A stretch of DNA of 64,000 nucleotides. Source: Nanobdellota archaeon (GTDB lineage Archaea; Nanobdellota; Nanobdellia; Parvarchaeales; Parvarchaeaceae). The position numbers were made by a program, and so were the translations under genes. Where the stretch lies: assembly GCA_021802505.1 (NCBI GenBank), contig JAJZXE010000002.1:11770-75769 (forward strand), written 5' to 3'. Shown here piece by piece: positions 39,647-48,445 of the stretch (positions are counted from its first letter, which is position 1; every line of letters starts with the position of its first letter). Below the pieces are notes generated by a model that was not told the origin of the DNA, ran no database searches, and saw nothing but the letters and a program-made list of their open reading frames with translations.

Positions 39647-40846
39647 TTAACCATTCCCTTTTTTAATCAGAAAGACCGGGACGGCTATTACCAGGGAAAC
39701 CGCACCGAATAAGAAAAGGATCAGCATTGAGGGCCAGACAGAACTGAGGGGTGCATTAAACACCACGACCTGGCGGAATGCCTGTACCCCGTAGGTTAAA
39801 GGCAGAGCCCTTGCTATGTCTGCTACCACACCCGGCAGTTCCTGTAGAGGATATATTACACCACTCAGAAAAAGCATAGGGAAAAAGACCAGATTAAGGA
39901 GCAACTGAGAAGTTTCCTGGTCTTTTGTCAAAGCCGTCACCAGTAATCCGAGACCGAGAAAACCAAAGATTCCGAGTATAAGGATAGCGGCCGTAAGCAA
40001 TATGTTCCCGTTAAAGCTCATATGGAACAGCAGTATAACCAAAATGACTACGACGGTAGACTGTATAAGGCTTCTTATAAGCTGCGAAAGCATTTTTCCC
40101 GTCAAAAACGACCCGGTTCTTATTGGCGAAAGCATTACCGCCGTTATGGTACCGTCTTCTTTTTCCCTGCTTAAAGCCGATCCCAGCGCGGTTAACCCTG
40201 CCATCATGCTCAACAGCATAATCAATCCCGGCCCGATAAAATCAAAGTAATTGCCCGAAAGTATCGGCAGGGAACTTACAACTATCGGTGCAATCACAAA
40301 CTGCGGATTTATTTTCGGCAGATTAACAAGTTCGGAATTGGCTTTCAGGATGGTTTTATTCACTAATTCGGCGGATAACACTTTGGATGCTAAAGAGACT
40401 TTTGCGTCTATATATGCCTGCAGGGTAGGAGATGTCGGATTTGTTATGAGACCCATGCTGGTTGGCTGATTTGAAATTGTATTGCTTGTGAAATTGGACG
40501 GAAAATAAAGGACGGAATCTATGGTTCCGCTCCGCAGTGCGGATTCGGCTGCTGACAAAGAAGTATAGTTGTTAAAGATTATAGTCGAATTGTAATGCAC
40601 CAGAGAGATAAATGAACTGCTTAAATAAATCGTCTGGCCGTTTAGAGTAAAACCGCTGTCGTTGTTCACTATGCCTATGTGTACGCCGTTAAAACTGGAG
40701 GAGGATGACGGAAACATGTACCCGAAAAGCATTATTATAAGAATGGGAAAGATAAACATCATTACGAGCCGGAATGGTGTACGGTATAGCTCTAATAAAT
40801 CTCTTTTCGCCACCGTAAACGCATCACTTATGGATTTGAATATCAT
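39647..40846 (-). CDS. ABC-2 type exporter permease
   Basis: REKEDGT, LFLSGVIYPL, PLTY. Confidence 0.92.
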   Translation of the reverse strand: MIFKSISDAFTVAKRDLLELYRTPFRLVMMFIFPILIIMLFGYMFPSSSSSFNGVHIGIVNNDSGFTLNGQTIYLSSSFISLVHYNSTIIFNNYTSLSAAESALRSGTIDSVLYFPSNFTSNTISNQPTSMGLITNPTSPTLQAYIDAKVSLASKVLSAELVNKTILKANSELVNLPKINPQFVIAPIVVSSLPILSGNYFDFIGPGLIMLLSMMAGLTALGSALSREKEDGTITAVMLSPIRTGSFLTGKMLSQLIRSLIQSTVVVILVILLFHMSFNGNILLTAAILILGIFGFLGLGLLVTALTKDQETSQLLLNLVFFPMLFLSGVIYPLQELPGVVADIARALPLTYGVQAFRQVVVFNAPLSSVWPSMLILFLFGAVSLVIAVPVFLIKKGNG

Positions 40847-41628
40847 CAGAATCCTCTCCTCGGAGCCAGGCTCATCCTGCCAGTTTCATCTCTCAGTTCT
40901 TTTCCGGCGTAGTGGATAAAGACCTCCTCCAAGGTGGCTTTTTTGCCGAGTTTTTTCTTAAGCGCGGCAGAAGTGTCGCACGCCATCAGGTTTCCGTGAT
41001 CTATCATAGCTACCCTGTCGGAGAGTTCGTCTGCATCCTGCATTATGTGCGTCGTAAGTATTATCGTACTGCCTTTTTTGTTTATATCCAGTATTTTTTT
41101 CTTTATAAACGAGACCGTTATCGGATCCAGACCAACGGTCGGTTCATCCAGAAAGAATATTTTGGGCTCGTTTAAAAGGACTCTCACCAGATCAAGCCTT
41201 CTTTTCATTCCCAGTGAAAACGTACCGACCGGCCTCTTCTTGAATTTGGAGAGCTGGAATTCCTCCAGACCGCTGTCTATCTTCTCTTTAAGCTGCTTTC
41301 TTTCTATGCCGTACAGCCTTCCGAAAAAGAGCAGGTTTTCTTCTGCGGTCAGCGGCGGATACATAGTCACCTTTTCCGTAATAACTCCTATAGATTTTCT
41401 CACCTCCAACTGCTGTTTTATTATATCTTTTCCCAGCACGGTGGCGTGCCCGCTCGTAGGTCTTATAAGGGTGGTAAGCATGCTTATAAGGGTGGTTTTT
41501 CCCGCCCCATTCGGACCGAGTATCCCGAATATCTCTCCCTCCTTGACTTTCAAAGAAATATCGTTGTCCGCAACGAAATCCCCGAATTTCTTCGTCAGCT
41601 TGTCCGTTATTATCGCGTATTTAACCAT
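40846..41628 (-). CDS. ABC exporter ATP-binding protein (DrrA-like)
   Basis: GPNGAGKTT, FSLGM, LDEPT, TTH. Confidence 0.95.
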   Translation of the reverse strand: MVKYAIITDKLTKKFGDFVADNDISLKVKEGEIFGILGPNGAGKTTLISMLTTLIRPTSGHATVLGKDIIKQQLEVRKSIGVITEKVTMYPPLTAEENLLFFGRLYGIERKQLKEKIDSGLEEFQLSKFKKRPVGTFSLGMKRRLDLVRVLLNEPKIFFLDEPTVGLDPITVSFIKKKILDINKKGSTIILTTHIMQDADELSDRVAMIDHGNLMACDTSAALKKKLGKKATLEEVFIHYAGKELRDETGRMSLAPRRGF

Positions 41629-41688
41629 ACAAATAAAAACTCCTGCTTATAAAATCTACTGAACTGATAATTACTGCCAAAATTTCCA

Positions 41689-42219
41689 TTATTTAATGAT
41701 TTTATGCAGCCTGTCATCCACTTTTTTGAGTATTTTTTTGTTCTCCGGATTAAGGAGCTTTTCTTTCTCTGCTATGAATTCAGAGAGATTATCAATCGTT
41801 TCGATGCTCTCGGCTATGCTCGCATTCTCATCCTTATTCATAAATCCCGAAGCAGATCTCCAAGGGAACCAGGAACTGTCGAGATATTCCTTGCCCTTTT
41901 CTGTTATAGAATAATATTTTTTATTGTCCTTTTCATCTATTTTGACAAGCCCGTTTTCTGACAGGTATTTTAAAATAGTATATATGCTGCCGGGAGAGGG
42001 CCTCCAAAAACCGAAGCTCATCTCATATATCTTATCTATCATCTGGGCGCCGGTCATCTTCTGCTTTGAGACTAACATCAGTATCCAGTACTTTATTCCA
42101 AAGCCCCTGCTTGCACTGTGCACGGAATGCGCAAACCTGTTAAGCACGTTTGGATCAAATGAAAAGCCAAAGTTTTCCTCTTTAAAACCGTCATTCTCAG
42201 ATTTTTTCATATAATTCAT
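41689..42219 (-). CDS. PadR-family transcriptional regulator
   Basis: WRPSPGSIYTIL...KKYYSITEKGK. True start may be ATG 42210. Confidence 0.9.
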   Translation of the reverse strand: MNYMKKSENDGFKEENFGFSFDPNVLNRFAHSVHSASRGFGIKYWILMLVSKQKMTGAQMIDKIYEMSFGFWRPSPGSIYTILKYLSENGLVKIDEKDNKKYYSITEKGKEYLDSSWFPWRSASGFMNKDENASIAESIETIDNLSEFIAEKEKLLNPENKKILKKVDDRLHKIIK

Positions 42220-42247
42220 ATCGTTTTACGATATCTACTTAAGATAT
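42218..42247. promoter_or_regulatory. Double palindromic site ATATC-N7-GATATC-N7-GATAT upstream of padR
   Basis: ATATC gttttac GATATC tacttaa GATAT, between the minus-strand TATA (42260-42267) and the padR start. Confidence 0.72.
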
Positions 42248-42353
42248 TTATTATCATAGTATAAATACTTTTCATGGAAATAACAGATCATAAAGGATAT
42301 GACAGGCACTTACCGAAAGTTTAATATACAAGTGGTTACTATCATAATATATT

Positions 42354-42360
42354 GAGGTGA
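42354..42360 (+). promoter_or_regulatory. Shine-Dalgarno site of sod
   Basis: GAGGTGA 6 nt before ATG 42367. Confidence 0.7.
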
Positions 42361-42366
42361 TATTTT

Positions 42367-42984
42367 ATGACAAACTACGATGACCAGTACGAGGTACAAA
42401 AATTAAATTATAAAGTTCTAGATGGATTTTCTGAAAAGCAGATAAGCTTCCATCATGATATACATTACGCGGGTTACGTAAAGAAAAGGAACGAAGTTAA
42501 TAGCAAGCTTAAGACAGCGGATAAAGCGACTGCCAATGCAAATTACAGCGAATTCAGGTCGCTTAAAAAAGAAGAGACGTTTAATGCGAGCGGCCAGCTT
42601 CTGCACGAATTATACTTTGAGATGTTCGGCGGTGACGGCAAGTATACAGAAGACTTGGATATTGTAAAAAAGATAAATGAGGATTTCGGAAGTTTTGACA
42701 ATTTTAAACTTGATATGATGGCTACCGCAAAGGCAGCAAGAGGATGGGCACTGCTCGCGATAGACCCTACAGACAATAAATTAAGGGTGTTTCTTGCGGA
42801 TGCGCATAATGACGGCGCGGTCTGGGGGTCCATACCACTGATAGCTTTGGATGCCTATGAACATGCTTTCTACGTTGATTACGGGCCTGACAAGGCTAAA
42901 TACCTCGAGCCTTTCTTCAAGAACCTAGATTGGAAGAAACTGAATGAAAGGTATGTAAAATTCAAGGATGTATATAAAAAGTGA
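42367..42984 (+). CDS. sod: Fe/Mn superoxide dismutase
   Basis: HHDIHYAGYV, LHELYF, DAYEHAFYVDY. Confidence 0.95.
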   Translation: MTNYDDQYEVQKLNYKVLDGFSEKQISFHHDIHYAGYVKKRNEVNSKLKTADKATANANYSEFRSLKKEETFNASGQLLHELYFEMFGGDGKYTEDLDIVKKINEDFGSFDNFKLDMMATAKAARGWALLAIDPTDNKLRVFLADAHNDGAVWGSIPLIALDAYEHAFYVDYGPDKAKYLEPFFKNLDWKKLNERYVKFKDVYKK

Positions 42985-43061
42985 ATACTCCGAATTTTGC
43001 ATGAAGCCTGCTTTGTAAAGCAGCAGTATATCTGGTTTACACCAAAGATACGACAATAAAA

Positions 43062-43349
43062 CTAGGAAGAATCGCTGGTTATGCTTATTCTGTAGGCAAG
43101 TCCCAGGGAATACCTTGAAGAAATCTCTTTCAATTTATTTTCTATTTGATATATATTGGATAGGGCATAAAAGTCTATTTCTGCGCTGTTTTTATACTTG
43201 CTGACAAGACTCAGATTAAAATTATTTATCTGGCCGATTTTCTTTATATCCTCCTTGATTTCATTTATCTTTTCAAAATAAAAAAGATCGGATTTTCCAA
43301 TGAAAACGGATTTGCAGTCCAAAAGACTATCCTCTAAACCCTTATACAT
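43062..43349 (-). CDS. Hypothetical protein
   Basis: Likely start ATG 43349 (MYKGLEDSLL), overlapping the upstream stop. Confidence 0.55.
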   Translation of the reverse strand: MYKGLEDSLLDCKSVFIGKSDLFYFEKINEIKEDIKKIGQINNFNLSLVSKYKNSAEIDFYALSNIYQIENKLKEISSRYSLGLAYRISITSDSS

Positions 43350-43734
43350 CTTTTTTGCCGCCATGTCTGCCCTGTACAATCCTGTATACATATGCAATAG
43401 TATATCCGCATATCCCTATTTTAACTTCTTTATTACTCGTAAAATCGATGTCAAAATTGGAGTATTCCATTTTTCCCAGCCCTTTGTGGAATAACAGCTG
43501 CAGATATTCGCTGGTGACCCCTTTCATCTCGGCGGAATTCAACCTATAGGAATAATCAAGCACCTCCGTATAGCCATTGTCGATTATGTATGAAAGCTCT
43601 TTTATAATCCGATTATACTGTCTGCCGAACACCTTCTCTACCGGCTTTTCGTTCTTTATTTTGCAGAGCCTCTCCAATACCGATCCGTATTTTGAGTTAT
43701 ATGAATCATTTTCAACCTTTTTCTTATTTTGCAT
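43342..43734 (-). CDS. Hypothetical protein
   Basis: Likely start ATG 43734 with a TATA-like box ~25 nt upstream. Confidence 0.6.
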   Translation of the reverse strand: MQNKKKVENDSYNSKYGSVLERLCKIKNEKPVEKVFGRQYNRIIKELSYIIDNGYTEVLDYSYRLNSAEMKGVTSEYLQLLFHKGLGKMEYSNFDIDFTSNKEVKIGICGYTIAYVYRIVQGRHGGKKDV

Positions 43735-43775
43735 AGCAGTATTACTGAAAAACAATGTTATAAATACCTTTTTAA

Positions 43776-44504
43776 TCAGAATATAGGTCTCATGCTTTTG
43801 CCTCTGCTTCCAAAGTCTGCCTCGACAGAAGCCAGCAAGTCTGAAAACTCGGTCATTTCTATCGCTCTTCCATAAAAAGCTATGGCGGCACGGGGCGTTC
43901 CAGCCACGGAGAATAGCCCGAAATCCGCGTATATATCGGGATTGTGGCCGCTGTTTAAAGTTTTCCTGTAAAGAATGTGCCTTGCTTTTCTAGGATCCAG
44001 ATCATTGAACTTGTATCCAAATATGTATGAAAAGTTTATATTTACAGAATTGGAGTAATTCAATTCCGGCAGCCTGTCATTAAAATCCGTCTCCTCTCTT
44101 AATATCCTGTTTCTTGTATCAGCTAGCCTCTTGTAGTGTTTACCCCATACCTTACTTGCAATCTGATCTCCATCTGATAAATTAAATAAGCTGTATACCC
44201 TATCTAAATCATCGCTGCCCAGTCTTTGCAGTTCATTATATGCGTTTTCCGTTAGGTTTTTTACACCGTTATGCAGAGAACCAAAATATTTTATGTAGCT
44301 TTTAAAATACGGCCTGCTGCCATGGTTTATCAATTTTTTGTACAATTCCCTGTTATTTCTAACCGCATATACATTAAGAAGAGCCTCGCTCATGACCGGC
44401 CCGAAATCAGACAAAAGATCAGACAGAGACTTTGACCCTTCCAGATCTGTTCTTTTGCCGTATTCTCTGTGGTGATTTTGATCCAAAACAATCCGCATAA
44501 TCAC
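43776..44504 (-). CDS. Hypothetical protein
   Basis: 242-aa ORF overlapping the upstream stop. Confidence 0.65.
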   Translation of the reverse strand: MIMRIVLDQNHHREYGKRTDLEGSKSLSDLLSDFGPVMSEALLNVYAVRNNRELYKKLINHGSRPYFKSYIKYFGSLHNGVKNLTENAYNELQRLGSDDLDRVYSLFNLSDGDQIASKVWGKHYKRLADTRNRILREETDFNDRLPELNYSNSVNINFSYIFGYKFNDLDPRKARHILYRKTLNSGHNPDIYADFGLFSVAGTPRAAIAFYGRAIEMTEFSDLLASVEADFGSRGKSMRPIF

Positions 44505-45409
44505 TTCGATTTAAATCCGGGGTAGACAGATCTGTATTTTTCCGTGTACTTGTTGATGAGCATACTCTGGCTGAATTCTGCGTATCTTAGATGTCTACTG
44601 ATGCTTTTAACTCTGTGTGCATCGGAAGACAGGAAAGAATGTTTTGCATCCTGCTGATTTATCGGGTGTATGATTCCTATCTTTACCTCCTTCTTGTCAT
44701 TCCGGTATATGATTATGTTGTCTAAGTTTAAATTGTTATGATAAAGATTATTTGAATTTACTTCTGAGATAACACTGATAATCTGTTTCCTTAGATCGGC
44801 AAGCTCTGCTTTCCTTTTCTCGTATACTTCCTTTCTTGAAAAATATTCCTTCAGGTGCGCTTCTTCCATTGCAAGCTTCTTTACCCCGTTTTTGGCTATA
44901 AAACTATCAAGCTCATCCTTTGGGATAAGATCCTGCAGGGAAGTTACCCTGCCCATTTTCTCCGATATCAGCCGCTCGTCCCAATCTCCGTAATGGTTAA
45001 GGTAATCCCTGAGAGTTGTCATTCTTGGAGCGTAATTCTTAAATTCCCTGCCATCAAATGAAGCTGTTACATAACCGGTTTTTCTGCCCGCATCATCTAC
45101 CAGCAGTGCGATTGGTTTTGGAAAGTTCTCGGGTTTCAAAGAGTACAGCTCGCTTATAAGTTTATACTGCCTCAAGAAATAACCGTCAAAAAATCCAGTA
45201 TTATAAAGATTGTTAAACTGGTTATACTCTGCAGCATTTACCTTCGGATATGCATCTTTAAAATGCCTCTCATTGACCGACAAACCCAAATCCTCAAAAT
45301 AACCCGCTGCTTTTACTAAATCTCTGCTCAAAGTCGGATTGCCTTCCTTGTCATGTTTGTATGGCAGGCCACTGAGCACCTTTTCGATATCAGATAATTT
45401 CTTTGCCAT
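44501..45409 (-). CDS. Protein kinase-fold protein with degenerate catalytic motifs
   Basis: ENFPKPIAL...GYVT, NNLYHNNLNLDNIII, IGIIHP. ATG at 45409 preferred over TTG at 45433. Confidence 0.55.
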   Translation of the reverse strand: MAKKLSDIEKVLSGLPYKHDKEGNPTLSRDLVKAAGYFEDLGLSVNERHFKDAYPKVNAAEYNQFNNLYNTGFFDGYFLRQYKLISELYSLKPENFPKPIALLVDDAGRKTGYVTASFDGREFKNYAPRMTTLRDYLNHYGDWDERLISEKMGRVTSLQDLIPKDELDSFIAKNGVKKLAMEEAHLKEYFSRKEVYEKRKAELADLRKQIISVISEVNSNNLYHNNLNLDNIIIYRNDKKEVKIGIIHPINQQDAKHSFLSSDAHRVKSISRHLRYAEFSQSMLINKYTEKYRSVYPGFKSK

Positions 45410-45484
45410 ATCTATTGATTCGCTGTTTTTCAATACGAGTTAAGTGTTATTCTGATATAAATAACTTACTACTTAATAATAAAT

Positions 45485-45994
45485 CTAAGCCTTATAATCA
45501 GCGAGTTTCAGGCCCGTAGCAATAACTATCTTTCTCAGAGTATTCTTATCGATATCTTTTATTTTATCATAATCCAAGTAGACTTTGTACTCATTTGAAG
45601 GAGAGTATTTAATACACGCGACGGGGGTGATTGTTATTTTGCCGTGATCCTGGTTGTCTCTCTTTTTAACCCCGAAATATTCCGCTTCGGCCGCGGACCT
45701 GCTCTTGTATACCCCCTTAAGATAGAATAGCTGGGAACTGTCCTGCATTTTATTATCCGCAGGCCTGCCCTTCCGTATTACATAATCGCTGGATTTCGGC
45801 GGAAAACGGCCCTGATCCATCTTTTTCCTCAGGGAATCGTACTTTGCCTCCTTGAAATACCCGGATAAATCACTGTAGGAAAATTCCAGCAGGTCCTGCA
45901 CACTGCTGTTTGATATGTCCAGAAGAACCGATTCCAGACCGGTTCTAACCGCAGTGACTCCATCAAGGTACTTTTTTGCATTTTTCGTGAACAT
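45485..45994 (-). CDS. Hypothetical protein
   Basis: 169-aa ORF with an upstream TATA. Confidence 0.65.
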   Translation of the reverse strand: MFTKNAKKYLDGVTAVRTGLESVLLDISNSSVQDLLEFSYSDLSGYFKEAKYDSLRKKMDQGRFPPKSSDYVIRKGRPADNKMQDSSQLFYLKGVYKSRSAAEAEYFGVKKRDNQDHGKITITPVACIKYSPSNEYKVYLDYDKIKDIDKNTLRKIVIATGLKLADYKA

Positions 45995-46037
45995 GCCTTT
46001 AAAAGAAAGGTAATGATATAAAAGCTTTTTGCTAAAA

Positions 46038-46355
46038 TCACTTGAGTTTATACTTCTTTGAGATGATTCTGGTCAGAGAAGAAAAGAAAAACGCAGTCCC
46101 TATCGCATATATTAATATCGCTATTAAATCCGAGTTATTCACGATATAGACAATCTGAAATATATACCCTAATGTAAATATAAAGTTCATTGAAAGAAAC
46201 AGGATAAATACATACACTGAATTATTATTGAGCCTTATAAGCTGAACCGCACTCGTTGGATTGCGGTAAAAAGCCCGTATGAACCTCAGTACAGAGACGA
46301 TTATCACTACGCCGACAATCGCTATCACCGCCGCCTCATAAAACCCGCTGCTCAT
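46038..46355 (-). CDS. Small 3-TM membrane protein, partner B of pair 2
   Basis: ATG 46355 in ATGA overlap; ...FYRNPTSAV loop. Confidence 0.7.
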   Translation of the reverse strand: MSSGFYEAAVIAIVGVVIIVSVLRFIRAFYRNPTSAVQLIRLNNNSVYVFILFLSMNFIFTLGYIFQIVYIVNNSDLIAILIYAIGTAFFFSSLTRIISKKYKLK

Positions 46356-46699
46356 ATAAACCTCATAAATACCTTGGACCATTTGAAAATAACATAACTT
46401 ACCATCAGATATGTAAAGGTCCCTATAAGATCCGCAAGCATTTTAACCGAATAATTGCTTGAAACGGAGCCGTAGGAATAAACTATAAAAACCACAACGA
46501 ACAGCACCGCAGAAAACAAAAGAATGGAAAAATTGTTTTTTGATTCCTTTGAACTTAATGCCCATTCTACCAACGGAGCCTTGTCTTTTCTGTGCTTAGA
46601 CAGTGCATAAACATCAAGTATAGCGAGCAGAGAAATAACTATACCGTTTATGACTTCAAACAGCGCCCAGTAATAGTGAAACTCATCATATAGAACCAT
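46352..46699 (-). CDS. Small 3-TM membrane protein, KHRKDKAPL family (partner A of pair 2)
   Basis: SKHRKDKAPLVEWALS...FKWSKVFMRFI. Likely start ATG 46699. Confidence 0.8.
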   Translation of the reverse strand: MVLYDEFHYYWALFEVINGIVISLLAILDVYALSKHRKDKAPLVEWALSSKESKNNFSILLFSAVLFVVVFIVYSYGSVSSNYSVKMLADLIGTFTYLMVSYVIFKWSKVFMRFI

Positions 46700-46806
46700 A
46701 TAATCTTGAAATGTTCGGGATATAAAAATATTTTCTTTTGTCAGTGAATAAATGTTCATCAAATTCATGTAGATAATTATTTAAATAGAATTATTCAATA
46801 ATATGA

Positions 46807-47253
46807 ATGAGAAAAAACAACAAAAAAATCAGTTTATTTGAGAGCAATTTAGTGCCGGTAATAGGAAAACACGTATTCGGGAATTTATACGACGTTGACG
46901 ATTCGATATTAAAAAATCTGGACTATCTTGAAGAATCCGTAATAGAGGCCGCAAAGGCAGGGAATCTTCACATAATAGACATAATGAAAAGACAGTTTAA
47001 TACGAAGGATTCTCCGGACATCGGCGGAGTTTCAATAATAGCACTTATTGTTGAAAGCCATATTTCACTGCATACCTGGCCGGAGAGCGGATACGCGACC
47101 TTGGATATATATTCCTGCGGAAATGAAAGCAATCCTGCACTGGCATTTGATTACATAGTATCGACGCTTAAACCCAAAAGCTACAGGGTGTTCAGTGCCG
47201 ACAGAAGCAATCCATCCGAGAATAACGATTCGAAGGTTTTCAACGATTTCTAA
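46807..47253 (+). CDS. speD: Pyruvoyl-dependent decarboxylase proenzyme (SpeD/AdoMetDC family, possibly arginine decarboxylase)
   Basis: IVE-SHISLHTWPE self-cleavage site, LDIYSCG. Confidence 0.88.
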   Translation: MRKNNKKISLFESNLVPVIGKHVFGNLYDVDDSILKNLDYLEESVIEAAKAGNLHIIDIMKRQFNTKDSPDIGGVSIIALIVESHISLHTWPESGYATLDIYSCGNESNPALAFDYIVSTLKPKSYRVFSADRSNPSENNDSKVFNDF

Positions 47254-47555
47254 GAAAAGCACATAAAAAGGAAAAACAGAGTAAGCGCTGTAAACATCAG
47301 CATGTTACCGTATTCCCAGAATAACGTAGAAGGATTATTCAATGATATTACAGTTGTGATCCCGTAGTTGACGGCTAGGATCAAAGTCGTTAAAAAGAAA
47401 AATATGAACGCATACTGCTTGTATTTTTTAATGTAAAAAGAAGAGAGAAAAAGCGTCGGATTTTTATGCAGTTTTTTCCTCAGTATAATCACAAAGGCAA
47501 GCATAGCCGTTCCGAGAATCAGCGAAAATAATCCGTAGAATAAGTCTATATTCAT
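47250..47555 (-). CDS. Small 3-TM membrane protein, partner B of pair 3
   Basis: ATGA overlap; ...LHKNPTLFL loop. Confidence 0.7.
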   Translation of the reverse strand: MNIDLFYGLFSLILGTAMLAFVIILRKKLHKNPTLFLSSFYIKKYKQYAFIFFFLTTLILAVNYGITTVISLNNPSTLFWEYGNMLMFTALTLFFLFMCFS

Positions 47556-47917
47556 ACAAACCTCTTAAACAGCTTAAACCAGCGGAAGGATATGTAGATG
47601 ATTACAAAAAGAGCGACTATTCCAAACAGGTAAGCGAGTAAAAAGAATATATTGTCTACTGGAGAAAGTGCAGTATTGCCGACCAATAACTTTTGCAGGA
47701 AGGTAAATAGACCCGTTAAAAAAAGCAACAGAGAGGGATAAATAAACATATTCAACTCCTTAGTTGCCGAATCTTTATTTAAAAAAAACGCGGTCAACGG
47801 CGCTTTATCCCTTCTATGTTTGAATATAGCAAAAAAAGTTATACCGGAAAAAATGGAGCTGACACCTCCTCCTATAAACAGTATGGCAAATATTACAGTA
47901 TATACCACGTTTAACAT
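47552..47917 (-). CDS. Small 3-TM membrane protein, KHRRDKAPL family (partner A of pair 3)
   Basis: FKHRRDKAPLTAFFLN...FRWFKLFKRFV. Confidence 0.8.
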   Translation of the reverse strand: MLNVVYTVIFAILFIGGGVSSIFSGITFFAIFKHRRDKAPLTAFFLNKDSATKELNMFIYPSLLLFLTGLFTFLQKLLVGNTALSPVDNIFFLLAYLFGIVALFVIIYISFRWFKLFKRFV

Positions 47918-47959
47918 GTTAATAATTTGCTTTTTTGTATTTATATATTTGTGCCGGTG

Positions 47960-48406
47960 TTAAAATCCGGTCTTTACAAGATTCAGAATCTCCTCGGCGT
48001 GCCTGTCCGGCGAGACCTTGGGGTAAATCTTTATTATTTTTCCATTTTCATCGAGGATAAACGTGACCCTTGAAGCGCTTCCCGTGATGGATTTTATCCC
48101 TAATTTTGTGACAAGCTCTTTTTTCGGATCGCTTAACAGCGTAAACGGGATGGCATATTTTTCCTTGAATTTTTTATGCGAGTCTATATCATCAACGCTT
48201 ACACCAAAAACAGGTATATTCAATGACTTAAAGGAATTTATATTGTCCCGGAAACTGCACGCTTCTTTTGTGCATCCTGGAGTATCATCCTTAGGATAAA
48301 AATACAGTATGGTCTTTTTACCCTGTAAATCATACAGTGAAACTTCCTTGCCGTCATCCGATCCGAGTTTAAAATCTGGAAACTTGTCTCCTTCTTTTAC
48401 ATTCAT
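47960..48406 (-). CDS. bcp: Peroxiredoxin BCP/PrxQ
   Basis: YFYPKDDTPGCTKEACSFRD; start ATG 48406. Confidence 0.95.
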   Translation of the reverse strand: MNVKEGDKFPDFKLGSDDGKEVSLYDLQGKKTILYFYPKDDTPGCTKEACSFRDNINSFKSLNIPVFGVSVDDIDSHKKFKEKYAIPFTLLSDPKKELVTKLGIKSITGSASRVTFILDENGKIIKIYPKVSPDRHAEEILNLVKTGF

Positions 48407-48445
48407 AAGATTATTATAAATGGCGTATTTTATATATGTTGTTAT

